A stretch of 64,000 bases of DNA from Marsupella aquatica. Its lineage: Eukaryota > Plantae > Marchantiophyta. Shown here piece after piece: positions 51,401 through 64,000 of the stretch. The position numbers and the translations under genes are program-made. Under the pieces are notes generated by a model. The model made no database searches, was not told the DNA's origin, and was given only the letters and a program-made list of their open reading frames with translations. The first letter of the stretch is position 1, and each line of letters begins with the position of its first letter. The DNA lies in assembly GCA_973895155.1 (NCBI GenBank), contig OZ316896.1:21210152-21274151 (forward strand), read 5' to 3'.

Positions 51401-54277
51401 TTCCAAATGACAATATTCCGCTCAACTGATAAACCAATCACCAGGTTTTTAACCGAGCAGTGCAAAACCTATTACATAAACACAAATGACGAGTGCTATC
51501 AAGATGTTGCCAGTGGATATGCTTCATTGAAAGAGATCTAGCATCATCATGTTGTTGTCATGTATCTAAAGCACGACAGTGACTTATGAAACAAGTCAGG
51601 TACACAAGAGCAAAATTTATAGTGGTCAAGAGAAACCTTGCTCAAAATCAAGTCATGGAATTCTGATGTGTCAGCAACCCATTCAGTCATGATTGCAGGA
51701 GCCAAAGGATCAATGACCACCACTGATCTGTAAAAGAGCCACCGACCTCCATCACTGTTCTTTGTTTTTGAATTTGGTCTTTTTCCCTTTATTCAACAAG
51801 ATTGTTAACTTGACTTCTAAAGACTTCCTGGTCAATTCTTATTTTGTATCTGAGCTAGATTTACCAATTTTGAAAAAAAGATTGGCGACCATGTGAGGAA
51901 CTTATTATGCTATGAAGAGGGCAAAGCTGATAATCAAGTTTACGTACGGAATATGCAAAGTCCGAATGTATAAACAGATCCTAGTAATTTCTTGCTGGTA
52001 CTAAAAACAAATTGCAGATTTTCTCAATCGAGAACGAGAGCATGGATTTTGATTGATAACTTGTGTCTCCCAGAAACCCAATAACTCTTTGTGGCTTTAA
52101 CATAAGCAATGGAAGTTACACAATCGGTGATTTTGTCAAATGAGTCAAGGCAGTGTCCTTCTTGACTCCAAATTTTCACCGTGCCATCATAGGCACCAGT
52201 GACAAGCCACTTGCCGTCCTTGTCAAAAGCTATTGTAGTTATGCCTCCCTGCATCTCTTGAATGAAAACCACAAATCAGTTCTTTGAATATTAAAATGAA
52301 TCGTTTGATTCTGCGTTGTTGGAGATGGCACCTACCCACTCTTTGCTCAAACGCAAGCCTATCTTACGGTCAAAGGTTTAAGCTTAAGCCTGTGCTGTAG
52401 GCAATTTTAACTTCAAGTGCCATAGAAATTAGTTTCAGAGTAAGGACATAACAATGATGCCAACCAAATTCAGTACCTCATGGCAGTTTTCAACTTTCTT
52501 TATAGTGTCATCTGGGCGATCACTGTCAAAAAAGCACAGGGCTCTGTCCATCCTGCTAACAGGCCTTCCAAACTGTAAATTAAGAGATCAGTTCCAATAT
52601 TTTCAGATAATATGCAATGCTCAAGATAAGGTTCGATCACCCTCTCTCACAAAAGTAATACACCCAGAAGTTTCCGTCCTTACTCATTTCCTCCAACTTA
52701 CGGAAAGTGTTACCACTATTTTGAGATCCATTACTTAAAGAATATCCACAATCCATTAGTTAAATGTCTTCCAACTTTCAGCTCTCAACAAAGTAGGACG
52801 ATGATTCCGTCCTTAAGTAGGAACGCAAAAAGCTTACCCCACTGTAAACACTTTCCCTTTGTCCGAGCAGCATACACCTAGGACAACATCTTCATGGTTG
52901 CAAAGGCAATAATTCAACTCCAAAAATTTGAGCTGGACAAATCAATCGAGCTGAATATTAGGGTTTGTTGCACCAACGAGCCACTAGACATTGACAGCAT
53001 ATATCCTTGGCCATTGCACTCACCTTTCAAGTGCGATTTTGCTAATTGACGACACTGGCAGTGTAAAACACGCGACAAAACAAGCCCATTGCAGATTTCA
53101 TCTTCAATGAAGAGGGATCTTGGATTGTTCCTTACGTATGAGACAGCCTTCCGTTCGGAATTTGTTTGAATGTAGTTGGCAGAGGATCGAAGAACAATGT
53201 AAGATTGCACCGCACCCCTGCCACCGACAAAAAGTTGTCTTCGCTTGGAGTCCCACCCCATACAAAACGTCGGCCCTCCAAACTCGATCACCTGCATTGA
53301 AACGAATTGAGTGATGCCATTCATTAGCTTTACCATGTTTACTGCACGTTCATTAGCTTGGTGTTTACTAAATGTATTCAGTGAGGTCTCATTGCAACCA
53401 AAGATGAAATTATGAGTTTCGGATCAGCATTCGACAAACGTATATCTAGTTTCAATGGAATACCAACTCTTCCAATTATAAGATAACATCTTCCTTAAAG
53501 GTCAAATCTGAACATAATCATCACATTTAGTCTTCAAATTCTTCTATAAGAAAAATTACTGCAACCTCTACTCTGGTAAAATAGATTTGAAATCAAACCT
53601 GGAGCAGCCTGCCCCTGTCGGACCACACCACAATATTCCCATCCAGAGAACAAGAGAATAGTATTTTGACAGGAGATGGTACGAAGAGCAAGTCCATGAC
53701 CCAATTCGAGTGTTGTTGTTGATATCTTAATAGCCTGCCTGATTCAGAATCCCATACCTGATGCGACAATAGCAGAACATTCCATCATCATCCAGAAATT
53801 GCTGCAGTAGCGTGTTTGACAGGAATTGAACTCCAAGTCGTTGAGCCATTTAATGAAAGAGGAAACAGGAGCTGGCTATCTTGAAAATTAAAAAAGCGTG
53901 ACTGTTTTTCACGAAACAGTCACACTAAGACTTCAGATCTCGAGCGTGAGACAAATTCGTCAGGGTGTGAACTACGTCAAGCAAGAGGTGACGAGATTGA
54001 CGAAATTTCAGAGGCAAGCGTCGACCTAGCAATAAATCCTTCCCAAGAGCTCATGAATACATCTGCAGATATGCAATTTTTACGGAGTGATGAATAAAAG
54101 GAAGCATAGAAGGCATTAAATTTTAGGTGTTTCTTAGTGTTGGAAATAGGGCACACGAACCTTAATAAGGCAATCCCTCCCACCACTGTAAATCTCATTG
54201 CGACCTCCATCAAAGGCCACACACAAAATAGGGCTGGAATGTGCATCCGATATATTGCAAACAATCTTCATAGCCAT
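48435..54277 (-). CDS. Multi-exon WD40-repeat protein
   Basis: Exon 1 54277-54161 (MAMKIVCNISDAHSSPILCVAFD...GRDCLIK) splices GT-AG to 53757-53599 (VWDSESG...LDGNIVVW) and 53291-53136. Further WD exons lie near 52.1-52.3, 51.2-51.5, 50.7-51.0, 50.1-50.3 and 49.4-49.5 kb. The last exon is 49271-48435 (GHTDQV...SGSWDTTLRVW). Some internal exon borders are approximate. Confidence 0.85.
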
Positions 54278-55991
54278 CTTGAAATGCTTCGATGGCCCTT
54301 TCTTTACTCAATTGGAGAACAAATTTCTCCAGCTTCCGTCTCCTTTTGCCACTTCTTTCAACCCTTCAATGGTTGATGCCATTTTCGTGAAACTTTAGCA
54401 CATTGTACTAATGAGTGGGACACCAAATTGAGCAATTCTGGAGAAGCAACAATCTGCAAGGCAAGTACTGTCTTGTGTTACACAACAAGCATAAAATTCG
54501 CTCCTGCAATTTATTGGTGTTTGAATGTGTCCAACCTATTCATAATTCCAAAACCTATCATAGATGATGATGATTATCGTTTCCCTCATGAACTCGCGGC
54601 ATGGTTTGTGCTCTGGCTTTCGAGCTTAAACCACCACTAGCCATGACAAAAACATATAGTTTGACATGCGGTTTTCACATCTACATAAATTTCTACACAT
54701 GTTTTACATACTTCTTCATGGGCTTCAGGTAAATCACACACATCCAAAGTGTATGTTGAATTGATCATGTTTGCTTTAAGATTTAGGATTTTGTGCATGC
54801 TTAGGATTTTAAACTGCGTTTGTTTCCTGGGTTCAATTGTCGCCTCCTTTTAAGCCCTGCCCTTATCAGGAGAACCTATCTAGAAAGAATAGGGCAGAGA
54901 TGAGAATACACTCCCACAGCCTGGAAACGGCAATTTTTACTGGACTTCACACTAAAGTTAGAAAGTTTTGGTTCAGGACTAAAGCAATTTAAAGCTCTCC
55001 GGTGTCTGGAGTTGACATTCATTTTTGGACAACTTCCTCCAGGGAGGCCTTTACCTTCTACAATTGCTACCACTTCTTTACTTCTTCACACTATACTAGC
55101 CTGATTACCCCGTAAATAGAGATGAGAAAAAGAATCTTGCAAAGACCAAATCTATGTTATCTCCTCTTCCTCTTTGCCCCCATTCCTCATTTCAGTGATG
55201 CCCTCAGTTAGAGTCACACCCTCATTTCAATTATGCCCTCAGTTAGAGTCAAGGTCTAGAGGCTTCACTCTAGAAAGTTGGCCCAGGGAGTAGCTTTTGA
55301 TTGGGCTTTATTAGTAGCATAGTCTTTTTAAAGTTTATTAGAGTAAATTCAAGTCAGAGCAAAACTGGAAATACACCAAACCAAACCAAACCAATTCTAA
55401 ATTAAATGTTCCCACTTGGCCACTTGCAAAACACATTCACGAATGACCAGAAAGACTTCATGATAACATGAAGGGATTCCACTCCTGTACCCCAAGAATT
55501 TGACAAACAATTAGATGAGAGATTATTTTTCAGACCTTACCTTCCATACCAACAATTAGATCTGATGCAATCTTCGAGAGATTCACTTTTGTACCGTGGC
55601 TTGTGGGGCTGAGGTTGGTGTCATGCGGCGAATCTAAATAGCTGGCGACGGATGAGTTTTAATGACTCAGTCCAATTCCATCAGTTTGAGCAAAAGTCCC
55701 ATGAGGCGTTTTCATCATCCTACTAGCACCCCAGCCACCAAACAAAAAGAGGCCTGGGGGCACACTGGTTTCGAGACCCACACAATTCCGCTGTCAATGA
55801 TTTTTTAGCTTATCGAGACATTACATCTAACTTGAGAGTGTCTTCCTGTGGAAACTTAATCTGTACAATTCCTGCATACCAAGTCGTTCATTCATCACTA
55901 GCTTTCACAGTGTTTCTACCTTATGGATAGAGGAAAACGGACTGCACAATCCTTCATAAAGGAACCCAACTAAAATTTACATCTCTAAGCA

Positions 55992-58900
55992 TTACCAATA
56001 ATCCCTACAGGAACAAAGGCCGTCTTGGAAGTGATGAAAGCGATTGCCATCTCTTACAATTATAGCTCGACCCACTATTTTGGAGATAAACTTTGTTGCA
56101 GTGTGACAATCATGGCAGACCCGTAGATTCTTGTAAATACGAATCGGAGTGCCAGGAGGTGTGCTGATGAGGCCATATGCAATGGCCAGCTTTTCACTGT
56201 GGTAACCTAGATGAGATACCTTTTCCTCTTCCGCCAAATCATGTAAGACTTGTCTGGTATCAGGAACATACCCAGCCTCCTTCATTCGTGCCGTCAAATA
56301 CTCAAGTTGCTCATGTATTTCCCTTATTTGAGGATGATAATTATCATTCACAGTAAATGAATGTATTTCTTGGTTCACCTCAATCCAGGTGCACCCCGGA
56401 TCTTTTTGCACACCCTTCTCTAGCATCCTCTGCTTAATAGCTGCGCTTCTATCCCATTTGCCAGCAGCAGAATAAATGTTTGATAGGAGCACATAACCTG
56501 CAGATCTTCCTGAATCCAACTCCAAAATTTGATGTCCAATGCGTTCGCCCAACTCCACATTACCATGAACCCGACAAGCCCCAAGCAAACACATCCACGT
56601 ATCTACACTAGGCTTGCGGGTCATCATCTTGATGAGATCCTCTGCCTCGGTCAAACGACCAGCACGACCAAGAAGATCCACAACACTAGTGTAGTGCTCC
56701 AATGTTGGAGATATACTGTGAGCGACTCCCATAATTGAAAAATAGTGCAGCCCTTCATCAACTAATCCACCGTGACTGCAGGCTGACAGCAAAGAAACAA
56801 AAGTGACTTCATTCATCGTCAACCCTTCTTGGCACATTCGCTCAAAAAGACCGACAGCTTCCTGACCGTGCCCATGCATGGCAAATCCTCCGAGCATAGC
56901 ATTCCAAGAGACAACATCACATGAAGGTATCTCGTTGAATGCTATCCATGCATCCTCTAGGCAACCGCATTTGGCATACATGTCCACGAGGGCACTGCCC
57001 ACAAAGGGATCCGACTGACAGCCGTTTGAAAGGATCTGATCATGCACACGCCGACCTTCTTCAAGTGCTGTAGCACTGGCACATGCATTCAATACAGCAA
57101 CAAAGGTAAGTGGGTTTGGATCCACCCCATCTTTTTGCAATTCTGCAAAAAGCTCCAATGCCCTTCGCCCCTGGCCGCATTTCACAAAACCCAGAATCAT
57201 AGTACTCCAACCAATCACATCAGGTACAACCATATTTTTGAAAATGGTCCAAGCATCCTCGATATTCCCACATCTGACGTACATGTCAATAAGACTGTTA
57301 CCCACATACATGTTGGAATCAAATCCTCTTTGAATGATCTGCCTGTGAAATCTCCTGCCTTGTTCAAGTGCTTCCAAAGTAGCACATGCACTGACAACAC
57401 CAACAAAGGTGATAGAGTTTGGCTCCACCCGGTCCTTCTGCATTTGTTCGAATAGTTCTAATGCCTTCCGCCCTTGCCCATGTTTTACATATCCTAGAAT
57501 CATGGCAGTCCAGGAGACAACATTGCGTTCGGACATCTCACTGAACACTCTCCAGGCATCCTCTATGCTTCCACATTTGGCATACATATCAACTAGGCTA
57601 CTGGCCACACCCACATCTGACATATACCCAGACTCTTTGATCTGCGAATGGATGTGTCTGCCCTGCTCTAGTGCTTGTTTACCAGAACATGCGGAGAGGG
57701 CTCGGATAAAAGTAAATTGGTCTGGCTCTATGCCCTCTCGTTGCATTTGTTCATAGACCTCAATTGCCATCCCATAATCTCCGCCTTTAACATGTCTTTC
57801 AAGCTTCTTGTTCCACGAGAAAGTGCTCAATTGCAAAGTCCCTGGTACCATCGTAGCCAGCTTTGCTGCCACCCATGGTGGGGTTGACTTGTCACTCAGC
57901 CAGAGTCTCTTATCGGTCGTCTTATGTTTGAAATCTGGGTATCTTGGATTATCCTGTAACAAGACATCCAAGTCGATCTCATGAGGACAGCATTCCTCAC
58001 AACATTTTAGTATGAGAACTAAGAGCTAACAAAGCCTCGCCGTACAAACAAGATGATTGCTGGAAAACTCCCCGTAATTTGAGTCAAAGAGTGAATTTAC
58101 CTTTTCAGACCTGTGATCCCACCACTCTGAAGGATCAGAAAAGAACTCGCGCCAAAGTTTTTTCAAAATGATCAATTTCCGGACTGCCACGATCCACATG
58201 AAATCATAAATTGCTTTGACCTACCGATGAAAGGAGTCATGTGGTAAGTTACTGGTTGAATTCGTGTTCACATTTCTGCCCATGATACTAACATTCTTCA
58301 TTTGGCCAATTCATTCATATTCCAAGACCTCCAGCGAGTGCATGAGGACTTCGTGGGAAAAATCATGGCCGAAAGTGGCAATAACATTCTCCTCTCCATC
58401 ATGCATTTCTTCCAGCCTGGCATACAATGTGTACCACATCATGCTCTTAAATTCAGCACGTTCAGGACACCAATGCATTCGAACTTGGCTAATCATCTTC
58501 TTTCGTGACTCATTGAACCATGAGATCTGGATGAGAGATTGGGGCACCATGACAGCTGCCTCTTTTTCAGTCCCAGATCTTGCGCCCACATTTTCAACAA
58601 ATACAAAAACAAACAAATTGGGGAACAAAAACAGGACTGTGTTTCTGACACTAATAAAGAATTATTCCCGCTTAGGTAAGCCAACATCCTACAGAAACGT
58701 TCCAATGCAATTCATACCTTGAAACATACAAGAGCTCCACGCTCTATCACCTAGCCTATACGACACATCCTTGGCACTGTCTACAATTACATTTGAGCAC
58801 GAAAGAACCAAAGGCTCACCCGAGGGTTTATCTGGTTCAGACGGTCGAACGCTTTCATTCCTCCGAGGATCTCCGTCACCCTGGAGTGGGCCACAGCCTT

Positions 58901-59372
58901 CAGAGTACGTTCGGCATCCTGTAGACCTTATGGGTTTAGGCTTCAAAAAGGAGGAGACCAACCCAAGAACTAATCTCCTACTCACTGTTTATGATTTTAT
59001 CAAACAAACAGACCATCGATGGAAATTGTTTTTCCAGTCTTTCTCAGTCGGAAACCCTAAGCATGCCTTCAAGGTTCAGGGCCCTCATGTTCGCTGCACT
59101 AGTATTTCTCTGGCGCCTGCTCAATGACTTGCCTCAGCAATATAAATAAGTCTACAGACAGAATGGATGTGAGTAGCCTCCATTTTCGCAAACAACTTAT
59201 CCTAACAGAGCATTCCCCTGTCAAACCACATCAGCATTTCGAGAGTTGAAAGGAGAATACCTTCTGGGAAACATGGAAATCAATGCCGTGAGCTGGAACA
59301 CTTACCAGTCAGTGCAAGGTCCTTGAAGCGGCGTGTGATAACAACACCCTCGTTGAGCCTACGTTTTGCCAT
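55992..59372 (-). CDS. PLS-class PPR-E1-E2-DYW (DYW:PG) C-to-U editing factor with N-terminal PDF motif, probably mitochondrial
   Basis: Last exon 57953-55992: 12 P/L/S motifs, PG box [20 protein letters not shown]-terminal DYW. Predicted upstream exons are 59372-59306, 58984-58718 and ~58183-58101 with GT-AG borders. The link between exon 2 and exon 3 is uncertain. Confidence 0.9.
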
Positions 59373-59960
59373 CGCGATCGGATGTGAGATTTTCCTATCA
59401 GAAAGGCAATTCAATTCAATGCCCTGGCCGATGAAGATTCTCCCATCAAAACCCCCAATTGCGCGTATGAAGAAAGTGTTGTTGATTCTGCTCATAAATC
59501 GCGATCGAAGACATAAATCAGAACTTTCTCACCGATAATAGACATGAGAGTTGTTTTGTCTCGATAGAAAGTGTGCCTTGGTTTTATGTGTATCGTCTTT
59601 GGACTTTTTTCCCTCTCTTTATTTCTTGCATAAGTTTTTGGCGACAAAGAGTCCCTGATGGACCCAGCTCGTAAACCATGCAACCCCGATCGACCGTGAC
59701 ACGTCTTACACTCTCACTCGCTAAAAGTCTTCCCCTTCCAAAACTTTTCCACTAAAACCTTTCTCCCATTAGAGTGATTAGCCTCAATTACCCCTTCTTT
59801 GAACATGAACAGAGGAGAAAACAATAAAAATGTCAACAAAGTATACTTACTGTTAATTAATGAAATGATAAAAAAAAACACGGCCCCATCATATTAACAA
59901 TCATACATATCATAAAAATGTTCCTTTCTATTTTACTTATCAAGCGCAAATTACAAGCTA

Positions 59961-60399
59961 GAGTTGAGGCTACACTAGGTTTCTAGAGTGAAGACTCTAG
60001 ACCACAAGTCCATGGCTCATCATGTGTATGGAAAAACTCATGACCATGATGTATGTTGAATGATAAGCATGTACGCTTTACTCATGATCATGATGTAACT
60101 ATGTCAAATGATATTAAACATATATGCGCTTTGTTATGATTTCTATGCACCATAACATATGTGCATAGAAAAGAGTACGATATATATGATTATTAAAATG
60201 ATTACAGGTATGAAGGTTTTTTTATCATTTCACTAACCTTCAAAGAATGTAAATAAATAATATATTTTGGTGACATTTTATTGTCCTCCATGTTATTCAT
60301 GTTCAAAGAATGGATAGTCGGGGCTAGTGCACATATATTATAATGGGGCCCTAGAGTCATGGTCTAAAGGCTTCACTCTAGAAGCCTAGACCTCAACTC
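59961..60399. mobile_element. MITE (family B), ~45-bp TIRs, TA flanks
   Basis: GAGTTGAGG...TCTAGAGTGAAGACTCTAGACCA and TGGTCTAAAGGCTTCACTCTAGAAGCCTAGACCTCAACTC are reverse complements. A related TIR fragment lies at ~55252-55275. Confidence 0.7.
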
Positions 60400-63300
60400 T
60401 AGCATCCCTTTGTGCCATATACATAAGATACATAAATTTTAGAGAGTGAAACTCAGAAAGATGTGGTGAGTTAAGCCTAGACATGAGTAACCTTAAAAAC
60501 TACCCTAAGAGTTGTTAACTGACAAAAACTCAGGTTAGGTCTATTAAGGGCTCCATTGGATATGGTTTGGTGGAGAGCATGGGACAATGAGGACCGTCTG
60601 TGTGATCTGAGGCATCAGCATGGACTCCACCATAACCAAGCTGCCCCTTCCGTGTGAGAGGTGTCCTGATCACTCATAATTGCTCATTGTGGACAAAGGC
60701 ACATAAATTTCTTAAGAAGTTGTTTATAAACTGCACATCAAACCACCCAGGCCCATGCTCACTGTGCATGAAGTCTCTATTGCAGCTCTCCAAGTTGAAC
60801 ACAAGAACTTTGGGAGACTTAGGGTAATTTCAATCTCCAATGTAGTGTATGTCATTTGAGCAACAAAGAGGATTTTGCTGAGATCCATGAGGGTTTGCTC
60901 TTCTGGGCCATAGGATCTGTTTGGCCCTAAGGACCATATGTTTCGTTTTGTTTTTGTGGGGTACAAAAGGTACTCAGAAGTTTATTGAGACTTGGTTTTG
61001 TGCTAATACTAAATTGACTACGGGCTCCTTGAGTGGAAATAGAGTTGGAGACAAACAAAACTACAAAACCTCCAAAAAATATAGATTCTTTCTTGTAAGC
61101 CATAGATCTAAGTTTCATAGCAGGACAAGATAATATTCCAGGGAAAAACTGAATTACTAAATGTACACTTCTCTGGTTAAATGAGAAAATGATGCTCCCA
61201 TGGACCAAAAGTTGGTCTTTGAAACCCCCCATAGACCACATTTCCCAGAAATTGAGTTTAATTGTAATTACTTGATGTTCATAAATTCAAGTATTTTTAG
61301 TTTTGATGTTGTGCTAGAGGAGTAGGTAAGCTACACTTCCATCAAAGTGACAGTGAATTTTTGGCCATTTTGGTTGAAGTATTCATCATGGAATGTGGAG
61401 GGGTAAATTCTATAAGATTAATTTTCAGTGTGTGAATATGAAATATTAGGGCTTGTGTTTTTTCACATCTTCTTCTTCTCTAGTTGCATTGCAGGTGAAA
61501 ACCTAAAAACTATTTAAAGACTCATAATCATCAATTTATCAGCCCAAAACTCCCATGGATCACAAAAATGTGGTCCCTGGAAGCACTCTGTCCATCATGG
61601 TGGCAACACCTTCTATTCTAATTAAATTTTCTGTCATATTAAGCATGAATTCAAATAGAAAGAAAACAAGTTGCTTGTCCACTGTGAACAGTAGACTATA
61701 TAGTTGCGCAGTACACTCCCTCTCCAGCATGGGTAATGATTCTACTTATTCGCTTTTCCTTGATTTTCACTTGCAATCACCGGGAGATTGATGGGAATTT
61801 GTTTCTTTCCACTTGTTGAAGAATCAAGATGAAAAAGTAATGTTCCCCAAAGCGGACCCACCCCACAAAACAGTAACAAACTGGTGTTTAAAAGTTAATT
61901 TGCATTACATTTAGTTGACTATGCTTGTAGCTTTTCTTCGTCTTTGCAACTGTGCAACTTTTCTATCCTTTTTCCACATGGGAAAGGCCCCATATGTCAC
62001 CCCTAAAGGACAATTTAAGTTTGAGTGATAGCAAATCAAACTCCACGGGACAGCTTCTATCAGTGTTTGCACATAAGGATGAATTTTTCTTCGGCTATTT
62101 TCGAATAGGATGGGCCCCTCTGTCACTGCTAGATGACAAGAAGTTTGAGCAAAGACAACTTTTTGAACATAATCATGATCTAGAGGTAGGGTCTTATATA
62201 CCTGGCTTCTCTTCACGTAATCATGGTCTAGAGGCTCCTCTTTCGGGTTATAGGGTGTTACCTGGCTTCAGTTTACATAATCTCTCATGGTTACTCATGC
62301 CATTTTACTGCTTCCTTACTTTCACCCCTCTCGCTTACCTTTGTGGCTGAGATTGTCTCAACCACGTCTTTTTATTGTTATTGTTGGTTCAGCCCACTGG
62401 CAGGAGATGGGCGCCACCATTAGTGATGCAAAGACCATAACCTAATCGGCATTTGAGCACACCAAAACATGTCTAAAGGCTACTGACTGACAGAACGCTC
62501 TATGTCTTAGCACACCAAAAGTTGTGGGTATCTAGACTTTGCACCTGTCACCCACTAGGGTAAAGAATGTATGGAAGAAAACCAATGTCATCGAATTACG
62601 TCAGGAAGATAAATTAAAGATTAGGTCTACCTTATCAAAGAAATGGTAGGAGATGTGATGGATAACGAGTTTCTAGGATGAAATGTGTTCACTTGGATAA
62701 AGAATTTGTAGGATGATTCGGGAGTGTGTGGAAATCAGAGGCTGTGTGGAGAGTAATGCAGGGAGTGGAGTTGTGGGAGGTGGATCTGCACAGAGCTTAG
62801 GAGACCATTGCAGTCCTTCAGTCATCCCTCCTTAGGGCCTTTTTGCTTGTGCAAGGTCCTTTGATTTTTGGCACTCAAATGAACCCGTGGCATCTCTAAG
62901 CGAAGCGACAAGCCGGCAGTCCTGATGGCATCTTTGGAGGATATGCAAGGGAAAGGGCCAGAAATTTTCCGGCCGTTGAGGTCCTGAACTTTGAACTTTG
63001 AATAAAACAAAATGGCAGTAAATCTGACTGAATACACTCTTCACACATAAGCCGTTCTTGATTGTGTTTAGATCTTGGGTCCACATTTTTTCCCTACATT
63101 TGTGGGCTGCTAAGGGTTGCATTTTTCAGGACTCTTGCACATGCAAGATAGCCCTTAGGAGCTGAGGTTTGTTTTAGGGAGTTTCTTGCCACGGGCTGAG
63201 TTTAGGAAAATACTCTTTGCCACCCTCCTATGCACTTTCTCTTCAACTTTACAATACTTTTCAATTCTGTTGATAGGCTTTCAGTTCCTTTGTGGACTTT

Positions 63301-64000
63301 TGGCTCGTTGCTCTTTTGGGGGTTTTCTTTTTGTTTTCTCCCCTTTCTTGAAGTTTCCTAAAGTTCTGTCTAAAATTAAAGGCAAAAGGCGATTTTGCGA
63401 TTCAGTCTCCATCCAGTGTACAAGGAGCTGTGCAGAGAGGCAAAACTTGTGTTTGCTGCTCACTTCTCGTGCCAAAGGAATGCTGTGCTCATGTTGTAGT
63501 TGCTATGGTGGCTGCAAAAATCTCCATTTGTTTAAAGTGGATTTTGCACTGATTTACCTTTTGGCCAGAAAAGTAGTTTTGGTGGTATTATTTCCCAACG
63601 AATTTCCAAAGAAATCTATTGGGTCCCCTCTATTTGGGATCGCGTTTCCCACCTTTGACACTTTTTGTTATTAGAGAGTATGATATAATAATTATGTGTG
63701 TACTTGCAACTTTAATACCAGAAATGATTCACAACCTCTTTTCCTGTAGCATCGACAACGCTAAAGCCAAAAATGATTCACAACCTTTTTTCTCCAGAAT
63801 CTTCAGGAAACGGGGTAAAAAGTATTTTCCTGACAACATTGCAAACTGACAAGCATGCAAATCTGGGTGGCCAGGAAGGGTAGGGTTGGGTGTTGTGGTG
63901 TTCATCAACCATCCCTTGATGAAGCTTACAGGATGTCCAGACCCTAGGATCAATATAAACTAAGCAAAATTACAACACATTAAACGACTTTATAACAACT

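Noticed and set aside
57954-57971. ORF-track start of the PPR protein
   Set aside because: It is a TTG inside the predicted intron; the exon begins at 57953.
60700-64000. Short ORFs as a gene or transposon remnant
   Set aside because: No recognisable domain, termini or consistent exon chain. It may be decayed TE sequence, but I cannot support a call.

Overview
Nuclear DNA of a land plant, most likely a bryophyte that performs C-to-U organellar RNA editing (inferred from the PLS-DYW PPR gene, spliceosomal introns, a Copia element and a plastid tRNA relic). 1-34.5 kb is a repeat-rich tandem array of an intronless single-CCHC zinc-knuckle gene (three complete copies plus the 3' end of a fourth). 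It is interleaved with a full-length but disrupted Ty1/Copia element (9874-16345), an 8-bp-TSD MITE family, a Helitron nested in a MITE, a minisatellite and a micro-inversion. 36-40 kb holds a frameshifted, intronless G3BP-like (NTF2-RRM) pseudogene and a plastid-type trnS-GGA relic. 44.8-59.4 kb is ordinary gene space: a GT92/DUF23 glycosyltransferase, a multi-exon WD40 gene and a PPR-DYW editing factor. Two observations stand out. (1) A recurrent 4-nt insertion signature turns a dinucleotide XY into XY-revcomp(XY)-XY; it distinguishes the paralogous copies at many sites and accounts for 3 of the 4 frameshifts in the G3BP pseudogene. (2) The PPR-DYW protein carries an N-terminal OSB-type PDF (ssDNA-binding) motif split by an intron. 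All alignments were made by eye; no database searches were run.
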